Notes: generated by a model from the letters alone, not told the origin. Shown: positions 38,790 to 50,340, counted from the stretch's first letter. The stretch: DNA of 64,000 bases from Aeromicrobium sp. (GCA_025965115.1 JAOPXO010000201.1:17460-81459); one strand, 5' to 3'. Program-made: numbers and translations.

Positions 38790-40081
38790 CTGAGCACTGG
38801 CAGAACTGGGGTCGCAGCGTCGAGAACCACCCGCAGCGCATCGAATATCCAGCCTCGACCGCCGAGGTGTCGGGGCTCGTACGCGAGGCTGTCGCCGCGG
38901 GCCTGAAGATCAAGGCAGTCGGCGCGAGCCATTCGTTCACCGCGATCGCCGCGACTGACGGCATCCTCCTCAAGCTCGACCGGATGAACCGCATCCTCGG
39001 CCACGATTCAGCGACCGGCCGCGTGCGAGTGCAGGCCGGCATCTCACTGCATGAGCTCAACCCCAGGCTCAAGGCGCTCGGCCTGGCGCTGCCCAACCTC
39101 GGCGACGTCGACCCGCAGTCGGTGGCTGGCGCGGTGTCGACCGGCACCCATGGCACCGGCGGCAAGCTCTTTGGCATCGCCAAGACCGTCGTCGGCATCC
39201 AGCTCGTGACCGGCGACGGCGAGGTGCTCGAGATCGACGAGCAGCACGAGTGGTTCGGCGCCTCCCGGGTGACCCTCGGGGCGCTCGGCATACTCACCGA
39301 GGTCACGCTGCAATGCGTGCCGGCATTCCTCCTGCACGCCCGCGAGGAGCCGATGGCCCTCCCTGAGGTGCTCGAGCGGGTGGAGGAGTTCACGGCCGAC
39401 AACGACCATTTCGAGTTCTACTGGTTCCCGCACACCGAGAAGGCCCTGATCAAGCGCAACAACCGCGTGCCCGGCGGCACGGAGCGCAAGCCGGTCGGCC
39501 GCTTCAGGCACTGGCTGGACGACGAGTTCCTCAGCAACACCGTCTACGGCGGGCTCAATCGGGTTGTCGCCCGCAAACGTGGCTGGATCCCGCGGGTCAA
39601 CACCATGGCCGCCTCGATGCTCAGCGCTCGGGAGTATGTCGACGACTCCTACAACGTGTTCGTCTCCGAGCGCACAGTCCGCTTCCGGGAGTCGGAGTTC
39701 GCGGTGCCGCGCGCGGCGCTGCACGACGTGCTGGCCGAGCTCAAGTCGTGGTTCGGCGCGGGGCACGAGAACATCTCGTTCCCGATCGAGGTGCGCTTCA
39801 CCGCAGCCGACGACATCTGGATGTCGACCGGCCACGAGCGCGACAACTGCTACATCGCAGTGCACCAATACGTACGCAGCGACTACGAGTCGTACTTCGC
39901 CGCGGCGCAGGACATCTTCACCGCCCACGAGGGGCGACCCCACTGGGGCAAGATCCACACCCTCGACGCGTCGTACTTCGCCGAGCGCTACTCGCGCTTC
40001 CACGACTTCGTGAGCGTCCGCGACAAGGTCGACCCCGGCCGTATTTTCAGCAATCCCTACCTCGACCGCGTCCTCGGCTGA
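38786..40081 (+). CDS. FAD-linked aldonolactone oxidase (ALO/GULO family)
   Basis: GASHSF, STGTHG, PIEVR, GRPHWGK. Confidence 0.9.
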   Translation: MTEHWQNWGRSVENHPQRIEYPASTAEVSGLVREAVAAGLKIKAVGASHSFTAIAATDGILLKLDRMNRILGHDSATGRVRVQAGISLHELNPRLKALGLALPNLGDVDPQSVAGAVSTGTHGTGGKLFGIAKTVVGIQLVTGDGEVLEIDEQHEWFGASRVTLGALGILTEVTLQCVPAFLLHAREEPMALPEVLERVEEFTADNDHFEFYWFPHTEKALIKRNNRVPGGTERKPVGRFRHWLDDEFLSNTVYGGLNRVVARKRGWIPRVNTMAASMLSAREYVDDSYNVFVSERTVRFRESEFAVPRAALHDVLAELKSWFGAGHENISFPIEVRFTAADDIWMSTGHERDNCYIAVHQYVRSDYESYFAAAQDIFTAHEGRPHWGKIHTLDASYFAERYSRFHDFVSVRDKVDPGRIFSNPYLDRVLG

Positions 40082-40135
40082 CCAGCCAGCGGGACTCTCA
40101 TAGTCCTTTCGGATGGTTTCTGCGGGAAACCTGAT

Positions 40136-40149
40136 TGAAACGTGTTCTA
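40136..40149. promoter_or_regulatory. KstR-type operator
   Basis: TGAAACGTGTTCTA matches TnnAACnnGTTnnA (reverse complement TAGAACACGTTTCA). Confidence 0.6.
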
Positions 40150-40209
40150 GATCATTAAGTTGCCGGGAGCCGAACTCCCACTCCCACAATTCGGCACCCA
40201 GGAGTCGTC

Positions 40210-43200
40210 ATGCCCGCACGCCGTGCCTCGTTCACCGCTCTGGCCCTCGTCCTCGCAGTGGGGACCGGCGCGATCGTGGCGGCCGGCCCGGCGTCTGCCG
40301 CCGGACCCTTCTTCGTCGCCACCACGGGCGTCGACACCAACAACTGCACGGCCATCGCCACCCCGTGCAAGACGGTCCAGGGTGCGCTCGCGAAGGCGAC
40401 CTTCGTCAGTGGTGACACGATCAACGTCGCCGCGGGCACGTACACCGGCGCCACGATATTCAGCACCAAGGGTGCCAATGTGGTCGGCACGGGCGCGATC
40501 TTCGACGCCAACAACGTCGCTGCCACCTCGGTGATGGCGGTGACCGGTGCGGTGACCGTCAAGCTGACCAACGTGACGCTTCGCAACGGCACCAACAACT
40601 CGACCTTCGGCGGCGGACTGCGGGTCCAGACAGCGGGCGCAGTCGTCACCGGCACGAACGTCACCATCTCGGGCAACAAGTCAGCCTTGGGAGGCGGTGC
40701 CGCGGTCTATGCAGGCACGACCCTGAACCTGACCGACAGCACGATCTCCGGCAACTCCGGCGCGACCACCGGCGGCGGCGCCATCTACAACGCCGGCACG
40801 ACCTCGCTGACCAACGTCGCGGTGACCGGCAACTCCGGCACCAACGGAGCCGGCCTCTACAACGCCCCCGGCGGCACCCTGACCGCCACCAACGGCTCGA
40901 TCTCCGGCAACACGGCCAGCTCGGTCGGCGGCGGCATGTATGTCGGCGCCACCACGACACTCACCGGCGTCAACGTGCACGACAACACTGCGCTGTACGG
41001 CGGCGGCGTGGCCGTCGGCAACGCGGCAACACTCAATGTCAACAACGGCGCCATCAGCAACAACAGCGTCACCGCGGCCGCGCAGCTCCAGGGTTGGGGC
41101 GGCGGCGTGTACGTGGCCGGCAAGACCGCCTCGGCCGCCACGGGCGTACTGAACATTGACGGCACCACCCTCAACAGCAACTTCGCGGCCGGCGGCGCCA
41201 ACGCGGGCGCAGGACTCGGTGGCGCGATCCTGACTCTGGGCACCACGTCCATCAAGGGAGCCAGCTTCAGCGGCAACAGGGTGACCGGCACGGGCCTCCT
41301 CGGTGGCTACGGCGGCGCGATTTACCACGGAGCGAATGCGCCGGCCGTCCCCACGCTCACCATCTCCGACACCACGATCGCCGGTGGCGGGGTCACGAAT
41401 GCCACCGCAGGCGGCGCCATTGCCGCGGTCAGCGCGTTCGACGCCACCAGGCTGACCGTTTCCGGCAACACCGCGACTGTCGGCGGTGGCATCTACACGA
41501 CCGCCAACATGACCCTCACCGACAGCTCGGTGAAGGACAACAAGGCGCCGAGCGCAAGCGCGAGTGTCGGCGGCGGTATCGCAGCGGCACGGCCGACAAC
41601 GACGACCACCAGCACGCTCACGCTCGACAACACGGACGTCACCGGGAACACCTCAGGCGTATACGGCGGCGGTCTCGCGCTCGGCTTCGGTGTCACCACC
41701 GAGATCCGCAATGGCTCGAAGGTCGACAGCAACGTCGCACTGGATGGTGCCGGTGCCTTCAACTCCGGTGCGTTGACCGTCCGCGACTCGAGCGTCAGCT
41801 CCAATGACGCGGCCTTCCAGGGCGGCGGCGTCTACAACGGCTCGGTCACCGCGACGGACACCCCGAGCCTGACCTTGAACAACGCGGCCATCGATGACAA
41901 CACCGCGGCTAGCGGCGGCGGCGGACTGCTGACCATCAAGGGTGCAACGCTGACCTCTACCGATGGACACGTCAACGGCAACAGCGCGATCGGCGGCGGC
42001 GGACTGGCCGTGGGCGACGGCGCGCCGGCGTCCTTCGACGGCACCGACTTCATCGGCAACACCGCCTCGAACCTCGGCGGCGGCGCGATCCTCAGCAGTG
42101 GCGACCTCTCGATCTCGCACGCCACGCTGCGGGACAACACGGCGGCGCACACCACCGGCACCACCGGCCTCGCTGCCGCGATCTACAGCGGCTCGGGCAC
42201 CGACAATGCGGCGACGACGCTCAAGGTCCGGTCCAGCCTGATCTCGGGCAACCAGGCATACGCCGCGGCGGCGATCCTGACGTACTCGACCGGGACGGGC
42301 GCAACCAACAAGTCCTCGATCGACAACACCACGATCACCGGCAACACGAACACCAGCGCGGTCGGCTCGATCGAACAGTTCCACCCGATGACGATCACCA
42401 ACAGCACGATCACCGGCAACACCGCGGCTTCGGGAGGATCGGGCGCGTTCTTCCTGAGTGCGCCGACCCAGGTCGGCATTGCCGGCACGATCATCTCCGG
42501 CAACTCCGGCAACGAGTGCACCGCCGCCGTGACCGATGGTGGCCGCAACCTCACAGACAGCGGCGACACCAGTTGCGGATTCACCCCCGCCAAGAACGAT
42601 CTCGCGGCGGCTCCCCAGCTCGGCATCCTCGCTGACAACGGCGGACCCACCAAGAGCCTGCTTCCCGGACCGGCAAGCCCGGCCCTGGACAAGGTCCCGG
42701 CAACCACCGCCACGGGCCTCACCGATGCCATCTCCGGCACTGCGGTCACCCTGTGTGCCTCGGGCGCCAAGGACCAGCGCGACATCGCACGCCCGCAGGG
42801 CGCGAAGTGCGACATCGGAGCGGTGGAAGCCCAGCAGATTGTCCCGGTCGTGAGTGGGCCGGCCAGCGCTGACTACACCCTGAACAGCGACGGCGCTCCG
42901 GTCACCTTCACCACGACCGGCTCCCCGCAGGCCGCCCTGACCGAGACCGGCGACCTGCCGGCGGGCGTCACATTCCACGACAACGGTGACGGCACCGCGA
43001 CGCTGTCCGGTCACCCGACTGCCGGCCCCGGTGGCGTCTACACGATCACCGTCAAAGCCACCAACGAGGCCGGATCGGACACCAAGAGCTTCGACCTCAG
43101 GTTGCACCAGGCTCCCAAGCTGACCGGCCCGATGGCGTCGACGTACACAGTCGGCCAGGCCGGTGGACCCGATCAGTTCAGCCAGACCGAGGGCTTCCCT

Positions 43201-44526
43201 GACGCGATCCTGTCCTCGAGCACGCTGCCCGGAGGCCTGGCGTTCACCCCGCAGTCCGGCGGCAAGGGCACCATCGCCGGCACCCCGGATGCCGGCACCG
43301 GCGGTCACTACGACGTCACCATCACCGGCGACAACGGCACTCCGCCGCCGGCAACCTGGCCGTTCTCGCTGACGATCAACCAGGCGCCAGGCATCGACGG
43401 CCCGGCGGCCTCGACGTTCACCGTCGGCACTGCGGGCAGCTCCGACGCGTTCACGACGACCGGGTATCCGAAGCCCGACCTGAGCGCGACCGGACTGCCC
43501 AACGGTCTCAGCGTGTCCGGAAACGGCACCGCGAAGATCACCGGAACCCCGGCCAATGGCACCGGCGGCGAGTACGACGCCGTCGTCAAGGCGAGCAACG
43601 GAATCGGATCCCCCGCCACCAAGAACGTGCACGTCACGGTCAAGGAGGCACCGGAGCTCGTCGGCCCGTCCGACGCTCGGATGGTTGCCGGGGTGGCAGG
43701 CGAGGTTGTCTTCTCCACTGACGGTTATCCGGTCGCAGATCTGACGGCGACCGGCAGCTTGCCGGCCGGTGTCACGTTCGTCGACCATCACAACGGCACC
43801 GCAACCCTGGGCGGTACGCCCACGGCCGGAGCCGTTGGTCACTACAACATCACGGTCACCGCCAGCAATGGCATTGCGCCGGACTCGGTGATCCACCTGT
43901 CACTCGACGTGGTCCCGCACGTTGCGATCACCTCGACGACGCTTCCGGATGCGCCGTACAAGACGGCATACAGCGCCCCGATCAACATCGTCGGCGGCCT
44001 GCCGTCCTTCACCTTCTCGCTGGTGAGTGGTTCGTTGCCTGCCGGTCTGACACTGAATGCGAACGGCACGATCACAGGTTCGGCCACCGGCCCGGTCGGG
44101 ACCTCGACGTTCAAGGTCAAGGTCACTGACGGTGAGAGCCCTGCGGTGTCGGACACCAAGCAGCTGACGATCAAGGTTGTGAAGGGCGCGACGGCGATCA
44201 CCGTCAGCCCGGTCGTCCTGAACGGCACCTCGTGGCCCGGCCAGCTCGGCATCCACGTGACCGTCGGAGTGGTCACCGCGAAGCTGACCGGCGGCGTCCC
44301 CGCCCTGCCTCTGGCAGGTCAGACCGTGGTGTTCAAGACGAGGAAGGGCGTCCCTGCCTCGGTTTGCACGGCCCAGACGGACGCCACCGGAACCGCCACG
44401 TGCAAGTTGACGCTGTTCGGGAACCTGCTCGTCACGGTGGCCAACGGGGTCGAGGCCGACTATGCGGGCAATGCCGTGTGGCTGCCATCGACGGGTTCGA
44501 ACCTGTTGATCGGCCCGAGCAACTGA
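40210..44526 (+). CDS. Large secreted beta-helix/Ig-repeat surface protein (choice-of-anchor Q-like)
   Basis: Signal peptide, many GGG(I/A)-N beta-helix repeats, LADNGGPT...DQR...CDIGAVE motif, several LP-G-T...GT-SG-P Ig-like repeats. Confidence 0.85.
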   Translation: MPARRASFTALALVLAVGTGAIVAAGPASAAGPFFVATTGVDTNNCTAIATPCKTVQGALAKATFVSGDTINVAAGTYTGATIFSTKGANVVGTGAIFDANNVAATSVMAVTGAVTVKLTNVTLRNGTNNSTFGGGLRVQTAGAVVTGTNVTISGNKSALGGGAAVYAGTTLNLTDSTISGNSGATTGGGAIYNAGTTSLTNVAVTGNSGTNGAGLYNAPGGTLTATNGSISGNTASSVGGGMYVGATTTLTGVNVHDNTALYGGGVAVGNAATLNVNNGAISNNSVTAAAQLQGWGGGVYVAGKTASAATGVLNIDGTTLNSNFAAGGANAGAGLGGAILTLGTTSIKGASFSGNRVTGTGLLGGYGGAIYHGANAPAVPTLTISDTTIAGGGVTNATAGGAIAAVSAFDATRLTVSGNTATVGGGIYTTANMTLTDSSVKDNKAPSASASVGGGIAAARPTTTTTSTLTLDNTDVTGNTSGVYGGGLALGFGVTTEIRNGSKVDSNVALDGAGAFNSGALTVRDSSVSSNDAAFQGGGVYNGSVTATDTPSLTLNNAAIDDNTAASGGGGLLTIKGATLTSTDGHVNGNSAIGGGGLAVGDGAPASFDGTDFIGNTASNLGGGAILSSGDLSISHATLRDNTAAHTTGTTGLAAAIYSGSGTDNAATTLKVRSSLISGNQAYAAAAILTYSTGTGATNKSSIDNTTITGNTNTSAVGSIEQFHPMTITNSTITGNTAASGGSGAFFLSAPTQVGIAGTIISGNSGNECTAAVTDGGRNLTDSGDTSCGFTPAKNDLAAAPQLGILADNGGPTKSLLPGPASPALDKVPATTATGLTDAISGTAVTLCASGAKDQRDIARPQGAKCDIGAVEAQQIVPVVSGPASADYTLNSDGAPVTFTTTGSPQAALTETGDLPAGVTFHDNGDGTATLSGHPTAGPGGVYTITVKATNEAGSDTKSFDLRLHQAPKLTGPMASTYTVGQAGGPDQFSQTEGFPDAILSSSTLPGGLAFTPQSGGKGTIAGTPDAGTGGHYDVTITGDNGTPPPATWPFSLTINQAPGIDGPAASTFTVGTAGSSDAFTTTGYPKPDLSATGLPNGLSVSGNGTAKITGTPANGTGGEYDAVVKASNGIGSPATKNVHVTVKEAPELVGPSDARMVAGVAGEVVFSTDGYPVADLTATGSLPAGVTFVDHHNGTATLGGTPTAGAVGHYNITVTASNGIAPDSVIHLSLDVVPHVAITSTTLPDAPYKTAYSAPINIVGGLPSFTFSLVSGSLPAGLTLNANGTITGSATGPVGTSTFKVKVTDGESPAVSDTKQLTIKVVKGATAITVSPVVLNGTSWPGQLGIHVTVGVVTAKLTGGVPALPLAGQTVVFKTRKGVPASVCTAQTDATGTATCKLTLFGNLLVTVANGVEADYAGNAVWLPSTGSNLLIGPSN

Positions 44527-44536
44527 TCTGACCGCG

Positions 44537-44578
44537 CCAAAGTGTCCGGGCCACCCCACGGTGGTTCGGACACTTTGG
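44537..44578. terminator. Bidirectional hairpin terminator
   Basis: CCAAAGTGTCCG...CGGACACTTTGG between convergent genes. Confidence 0.7.
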
Positions 44579-44592
44579 TGTCGGGCGGTGGG

Positions 44593-45537
44593 CTAGGCGC
44601 GAGCCTGGGCGATTGCATACAGCGCAATGCCCGCAGCGACGCCGGCGTTGAGGCTCTCGAGACCCGTCGACATCGGGATCGACACCAGCTCGTCACAGGT
44701 CTCCGAGACCAGGCGTGACAGACCCTTGCCCTCGCTGCCGATGACCACGACAACCGGTCCATCGACCATCTGCGTCGAAGGCAGCATGACGTCACCGTCC
44801 GCGGCCAGCCCGATGACCATGAGGCCCTCTTCCTGGAAGGCCTTGAGCTGACGCGTCAGGTTGGTGACCCGGGCGACCGGCACCCGCGCCGCGGCACCGG
44901 CCGAGGTCTTCCAGGCAGCAGCCGTGATGTGGGCAGCCCGGCGCTCGGGGATGACGACGCCATGGGCGCCGAATCCCGAGGCGGACCGGATGACCGCGCC
45001 GAGATTGCGGGGATCGGTGACGCCGTCGAGCATCACGATCAGCGCGGGCTCGCCACGCTCGGCGGCCAGCTCCAGGAATGAGGCCGGATCGGCGTACTCG
45101 TAGGCGTTGAGCTTCGCGGCGATGCCCTGGTGCACGGCCCCACCGGTGAGCTTGTCGAGCTCGATGCGACCGATCTCGAGCAGGCTGACGTGCTGCTCGG
45201 CGGCCAGCTTGAAGATCTCGCGGATGCGCTCGTCACGCTCGGTGCCCTCGGCGACATACAGCGCATGGATCGGCACCGTCGCACGCAACAGCTCGACGAC
45301 GGAGTTGCGCCCGGCCACCCACTCGGCGGCGTCGGTGGTCTTGCGGCGCGGGCGTGCGGCATCGCGCTTCGTGGCCGCGTTGGCCATCTTGTAGACCTTG
45401 TGGTTGGGCCGGTCGGCCGCACGAGGGGTCGGGCCCTTGCCCTCGAGCCCCTGCCGGCGTCGGCCGCCGGAGCCGGCAGTGGGATTGCCCTTGCCGGTCT
45501 TCTTGATCGCGCCCTTGCGTTTGCTGTTGCCTGGCAT
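44593..45537 (-). CDS. rlmB: 23S rRNA G2251 2'-O-methyltransferase
   Basis: GRNSVVE, DPRNLGA, GSEGKG, ESLNAGVA; downstream of cysS. Confidence 0.93.
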   Translation of the reverse strand: MPGNSKRKGAIKKTGKGNPTAGSGGRRRQGLEGKGPTPRAADRPNHKVYKMANAATKRDAARPRRKTTDAAEWVAGRNSVVELLRATVPIHALYVAEGTERDERIREIFKLAAEQHVSLLEIGRIELDKLTGGAVHQGIAAKLNAYEYADPASFLELAAERGEPALIVMLDGVTDPRNLGAVIRSASGFGAHGVVIPERRAAHITAAAWKTSAGAAARVPVARVTNLTRQLKAFQEEGLMVIGLAADGDVMLPSTQMVDGPVVVVIGSEGKGLSRLVSETCDELVSIPMSTGLESLNAGVAAGIALYAIAQARA

Positions 45538-46949
45538 CAGGTGTCGCCCTTCACGGACCACCGCGCACCTTGCGGGGTGTCCTCGATCTCGATGCCGGCC
45601 GCGGTGAGCTGGTCGCGCACCCGGTCTGCTGCGGCAAAGTCCTTGGTCGCGCGGGCCTCTTGGCGCTGCTCGAGGAGTCCTACCACGAGGGAGTCGATCA
45701 CCTGCGCATATGCCGCATCGTCACCTCCACGATCCCACGTCGGGGACAGGGGATCCAAACCGAGAACGTCGAGCATCGTGCGGACCTCGGCGAGGGTTGC
45801 GCTGAGCACCGCGGTGTCGCCGCCGGCCAGCAGCGTATTGCCCTCCGACACCTTGGCCTGGAGAACGGCGAGCGCGGCGGGCACGGAGAGGTCGTCATCC
45901 ATCGCGGCGGCGAATGCCTCGGGCACTTCTCCCAATTCACCGGCACCGACGAGCTCGGCGGCCCGGCGTACGAATCCTTCGATCCGGGCGAACGCGGTGG
46001 CCGCCTCGGCGAGTGACTCCTCGGAGAACTCGACGATCGAGCGGTAGTGCGAGGCGGCGAGGTAGTAGCGCAGGTCGATCGGCCTGACCCGCTTGACGAC
46101 TTCGCTCACCATCAGTGAATTCCCGACGGACTTCGACATCTTCGAGCCCGACAGGTTGAGCATCGCATTGTGCATCCAGTAGCGCGCGAACGCCTGCCCG
46201 GCCGCACGCGACTGGGCCAGCTCGTTCTCGTGGTGCGGGAATCGCAGGTCGAGGCCGCCGCCGTGGATGTCGAACTCGTCGCCGAGGTATTTGGCCGCCA
46301 TCGCCGAGCACTCCAGGTGCCAACCGGGACGCCCGCGTCCCCATGGAGTCGGCCAGGAAGCGGACTCGGGCTCGCCGTCCTTGTGGCCCTTCCACAGGGC
46401 GAAATCCCGGGCGTCGCGCTTGCCCTCCGGCGGAGCGTCCTCGGCCGGGAGCATGTCGTCGATCTTCTGGTTCGACAGCTCGCCATAGGACGGCCACGAG
46501 CGTACGTCGAAGTAGACGTCGCCCGAACCGTCCTCGGCGACATACGCGTGACCCCGCTCGATCAGGGTCTGCATCATCTCGATCATCTCCGGCACGTGGC
46601 CGGTGGCGCGGGGTTCGTACGTGGGCGGGATGCAGCCAAGGACTTCATAGGCGGCGTGCAGTGCGCGCTCGTTCTCGTAGGCGACGGCGAACCAGGGGCG
46701 GCTCTGCTCGTCGGCTTTGGAGAGGATCTTGTCGTCGATGTCGGTGACATTGGCGACGATCGTGACCTCATAGCCCGACCGCTCGAGCCAGCGGCGCAGC
46801 ACGTCGAAGACGACTTCCTTGCGGATGTGGCCGATGTGCGGCGGGCCCTGCACGGTCAGCCCGCAGTGGTAGATGCCGACGTGTCCGGGGTGCACCGGAA
46901 CCAGCTCGCGAATCTGTCGCGTTGCGGTGTCGAAGAGCTGGAATGTCAC
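45537..46949 (-). CDS. cysS: Cysteine--tRNA ligase
   Basis: CGLTV...[17 protein letters not shown]. Confidence 0.97.
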   Translation of the reverse strand: MTFQLFDTATRQIRELVPVHPGHVGIYHCGLTVQGPPHIGHIRKEVVFDVLRRWLERSGYEVTIVANVTDIDDKILSKADEQSRPWFAVAYENERALHAAYEVLGCIPPTYEPRATGHVPEMIEMMQTLIERGHAYVAEDGSGDVYFDVRSWPSYGELSNQKIDDMLPAEDAPPEGKRDARDFALWKGHKDGEPESASWPTPWGRGRPGWHLECSAMAAKYLGDEFDIHGGGLDLRFPHHENELAQSRAAGQAFARYWMHNAMLNLSGSKMSKSVGNSLMVSEVVKRVRPIDLRYYLAASHYRSIVEFSEESLAEAATAFARIEGFVRRAAELVGAGELGEVPEAFAAAMDDDLSVPAALAVLQAKVSEGNTLLAGGDTAVLSATLAEVRTMLDVLGLDPLSPTWDRGGDDAAYAQVIDSLVVGLLEQRQEARATKDFAAADRVRDQLTAAGIEIEDTPQGARWSVKGDT

Positions 46950-47052
46950 GGCTCAACCTTATCGGCTCCGGGGAGGTGCTCCTGCCGCGCCGCCGGTCGC
47001 GCGGCTCTTCACATCCGCCCCACCAGCCCCATACGTCACCTAGGATGTATCG

Positions 47053-48306
47053 ATGACCTCTCGGGTACGCCAGGCGATCCTCGCTGCGCTGTCGGTTGTT
47101 GCACTGTGTGGTGCGACGCTTCAGGCGATCCCTGCCTCGGCGGCAACGGCGCACACCGCGTTCTCGCGCTGGACCAGCACCGCCGACTTCGCGAAGGGGA
47201 CCGGGACCGGCATCAAGGTCGCTACCGACTCGGTCACGCTCGGCTCGGGCACCACGACCATGATATATGACGACGCGAATGTCTCGGGTGGCGCCAAGAC
47301 GTACGACGTCGGCACCTGGGTCTCGCCGTGGAAGTCGATCGGCTTCGACGCGAAGAGTCTGGTGCCATCCTGGAGCGTCGATGTCCCGGGCGGCAGCTGG
47401 GCGCGGGTCGACGTGCGGGTCAAGAACTCCAAGACCACGGGCAGCTGGGATGCCATCGGCCGCTGGGCGATGAGCGCGAGGAATATCGCGCGCACGTCCT
47501 ACTCGAGCCAGACCGACGACCTTGCCAAGGTCGCCACCGACACCGTGGAGGCCAGTTCCGGCAAGACATTCAGCTCCTGGCAGGTGCGGGTTCTGCTGAT
47601 GCGGCCGAAGGGCTCGTCCGACAAGCCGGCACTTGAGGCCGTCAACGGCACCGCCGCCACCTACCTCACGCGGTCGGCGTCGACCAGCAGCACGACGATG
47701 ACCTCGACGACCGAGCTCGCCGTACCCGCAGCGTCGCAGATGATCCACAAGGGTGAGTTTCCGCAGTGGGGAGGCGGCGGCGAGGCGTGGTGCTCTCCGA
47801 CTTCGACCGCGATGGTGATGCGCTACTTCGGCAAGGGTCCGGCGGCTTCCGACTACTCCTGGTCGACGTACGCCGACTCATACGTCGATCACGCCGCCCG
47901 ATACACCTTCGACATCCGTTACGACGGCACGGGCAACTGGCCATTCAACACCGCGTACGCCGCGCGCTACTCCCTTGACTCCTTCGTCACCCGGCTCACC
48001 GACCTTCGCGATGCCGAGGCGTTCATCAAGGCGGGCATCCCGCTGGTTGCCTCGATCGCCTTCTCCAAGGGCGGCCTCGACGGGGCACCGATCTCGTCGA
48101 CACCCGGGCACCTGGTCGTGATCACCGGATTCACCTCGAGCGGCAGTGTGATCACCAACGACCCGGCAGCGGCGTCGAGCTCGAGCGTCCGGCGGGTCTA
48201 CTCGCGCGCGCAGTTCGAGAAGGCCTGGCTGGGCGGCAGTGGCGGCGTCGTGTACGTCATCCATCCGACCTCCACGCCGTTGCCAGCCGGCTCCACGCGC
48301 TGGTAG
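47053..48306 (+). CDS. Secreted peptidase C39-like protein
   Basis: Signal peptide, SQMIH, WCSPTS, GHLVV, NDPA. Confidence 0.85.
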   Translation: MTSRVRQAILAALSVVALCGATLQAIPASAATAHTAFSRWTSTADFAKGTGTGIKVATDSVTLGSGTTTMIYDDANVSGGAKTYDVGTWVSPWKSIGFDAKSLVPSWSVDVPGGSWARVDVRVKNSKTTGSWDAIGRWAMSARNIARTSYSSQTDDLAKVATDTVEASSGKTFSSWQVRVLLMRPKGSSDKPALEAVNGTAATYLTRSASTSSTTMTSTTELAVPAASQMIHKGEFPQWGGGGEAWCSPTSTAMVMRYFGKGPAASDYSWSTYADSYVDHAARYTFDIRYDGTGNWPFNTAYAARYSLDSFVTRLTDLRDAEAFIKAGIPLVASIAFSKGGLDGAPISSTPGHLVVITGFTSSGSVITNDPAAASSSSVRRVYSRAQFEKAWLGGSGGVVYVIHPTSTPLPAGSTRW

Positions 48307-48310
48307 GTGG

Positions 48311-49807
48311 CTAGGTCACCGCGACCTGAATGGCCGGGTAGCCGGACGCACCATTGGGCACCACATCGGCGACAGCCGAGGTCTGCGGCACGCCCTTGCG
48401 ATTCGTCGCCCGGGCCTCGATCGTGTGGTCGCCCTTGTCGGCGGGCCATTGCCAGCTCCACTGCACCCAGGTGTCGATCGAGGGAACCTTGGCGAGAGTG
48501 GCCTTCTGCCAGTCCCCGCCGTCGATCCTGACCTCGACACCCTCGATCCCGGTGTGCTGCTGCCAGGCGACGCCGGCCACCGTCACGGTGCCGGCCTGCA
48601 CGTCGCCGCGCGGCAGGTCGATCCGGGCCTCGGTCTTGATCGGCCCGCGCTCACTCCAGCCATTGCGGGTCCAGTAGGCCTGGAAGTCCGCGAACCGCGT
48701 GACTTCCCACTCGGTGACCCACTTGGTCGCGGAGACATATCCATAGAGGCCGGGGACCACTTGGCGCACGGGGAAGCCGTGGGCGATCGGCAACGGCTCG
48801 CCGTTCATCGTCAGCGCAAGGATCGCGTCGCGGCCGTCCTGCAGGGCGGCGAGGGGTGTGCCGCAGGTCCATCCGTCGTCGGACGTGGAGAGCAGCGCAT
48901 CGGCGCCATCCTTGATGCCGACCTCCTCGAGGATGCCCTTGATCGGCACGCCGCCCCAGTTGGTGTTGCCGATCAGGTTGCCGCCGACCTCGTTGGACAC
49001 GCAGCAGATCGTGATCCAGTGATTCTCGAGCCCGCGGTCGATCAGGTCCTGGTAGGTCAGGGTCAGCTCCTTGTCGACCATGCCGTGGATTCGGAGCTTC
49101 CAGGTGGTCGGATCGATCAGAGGCGGCGAGAGCGCGGTGTCGATCCGGTAGAAGTCGCCGTTGGGCGTGAGCCAGGGCCCCTGGTCCTTGAGGCCGAGGT
49201 CGACGCCAGACGGCGCCGACAACCTCGTCGTAGGCAGCCGCAGCGAGGCTCGTACCCGCTCCACAGCCGCGCGGCGACGGTGACGGGACGCAAGCACCTC
49301 GCTGGCACCGCCCACGATGGCGGTGGCGAGGACCACCAGCCCGGTCGTACGGAGGAACGTTCGACGCGCCAGGTCCGGCGACAGGTCAGGACGATCGCGC
49401 TGCAACAGCTCAAGGACGACCGCGACGATCCCGCCGGAGATGACGCACACCATGACACCTGCGGCCGATCCGTGCGGCCGACCCAGCACTGCCGCTGAGG
49501 CAAGCGCCACCAGCACGACAATCCCGAGGACCGCGAGCAGACGCTTGCCCTGCCACCATGCGCCGATCAGTCCTCCGAGCAACAGGATCGCGATCACCAC
49601 GCTGGTGACGGCAAGTGGCTTGTCGGCGTGCTGGACGACGCTGATGATCTTCTCGGCGATCGGACCGGGGGTCAGCTTGATCACCGTCTGCCCGAGCGCA
49701 AGCACCGGGGACTCCCGAAGGTTCAGAGCCGCTGCCAGGCCCTCACTCGTGGCAATTGCCGCAGTGGCGGCAAGGATGCCTGTCGCGATGCTCGTACGCC
49801 CGGTCAC
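48311..49807 (-). CDS. Membrane molybdopterin oxidoreductase (sulfite oxidase family)
   Basis: N-terminal TMs, FYRIDT, CVSN, HGFPVR...[12 protein letters not shown]; start approximate. Confidence 0.88.
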   Translation of the reverse strand: MTGRTSIATGILAATAAIATSEGLAAALNLRESPVLALGQTVIKLTPGPIAEKIISVVQHADKPLAVTSVVIAILLLGGLIGAWWQGKRLLAVLGIVVLVALASAAVLGRPHGSAAGVMVCVISGGIVAVVLELLQRDRPDLSPDLARRTFLRTTGLVVLATAIVGGASEVLASRHRRRAAVERVRASLRLPTTRLSAPSGVDLGLKDQGPWLTPNGDFYRIDTALSPPLIDPTTWKLRIHGMVDKELTLTYQDLIDRGLENHWITICCVSNEVGGNLIGNTNWGGVPIKGILEEVGIKDGADALLSTSDDGWTCGTPLAALQDGRDAILALTMNGEPLPIAHGFPVRQVVPGLYGYVSATKWVTEWEVTRFADFQAYWTRNGWSERGPIKTEARIDLPRGDVQAGTVTVAGVAWQQHTGIEGVEVRIDGGDWQKATLAKVPSIDTWVQWSWQWPADKGDHTIEARATNRKGVPQTSAVADVVPNGASGYPAIQVAVT

Positions 49808-49863
49808 CGGTCCATCATTGCTCGCACATCCACGACGCGCCGGGTGTACGGCATGATCAACCT

Positions 49864-50340
49864 GTGACATCTCCGCGCATCGGCATTGGCACCGACGTCC
49901 ACCGGCTGGTGCCCGGCCGCGCACTCTGGCTGGCCGGTCTGGAGTGGCCCGGCGAAGAATCCGGCCTGGACGGGCATTCGGACGGGGACTGCGTCGCCCA
50001 CGCGATCGTCGATGCCGTCCTGGGTGCGGCCGGGCTCGGTGACATCGGCAGCAACTTCGGCACCGACGAGCCCGAGTGGGCCAGTGCCTCCGGAGCCGAC
50101 TTCCTGGTCGAGACCGCCCGCCGCCTGCGGGGCGCCGGTTGGGTGATCGGCAATGTCTCGGTGCAGGCGATCGGCAATCGGCCGCACATCACCGAGCGGC
50201 GCGAGCAGGCCGAAGAGGTGCTCAGTACGGCACTCGGAGCACCCGTCTCCCTGTCCGCCACGACCACGGACGGGCTTGGCCTCACCGGTCGGGGCGAGGG
50301 CATCGCAGCGATCGCCACCGCACTCATCTTCACGATCTGA
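49864..50340 (+). CDS. ispF: 2-C-methyl-D-erythritol 2,4-cyclodiphosphate synthase
   Basis: [30 protein letters not shown]. Confidence 0.93.
   Translation: MTSPRIGIGTDVHRLVPGRALWLAGLEWPGEESGLDGHSDGDCVAHAIVDAVLGAAGLGDIGSNFGTDEPEWASASGADFLVETARRLRGAGWVIGNVSVQAIGNRPHITERREQAEEVLSTALGAPVSLSATTTDGLGLTGRGEGIAAIATALIFTI

Noticed and set aside
41653-43896. 747-aa minus-strand ORF and many other long antisense ORFs
   Set aside because: Shadow frames of real GC-rich genes; no recognisable motifs
40600-44200. Repetitive sequence as a CRISPR array or DNA repeat
   Set aside because: Degenerate protein-level beta-helix and Ig repeats; no repeat-spacer structure and no cas genes
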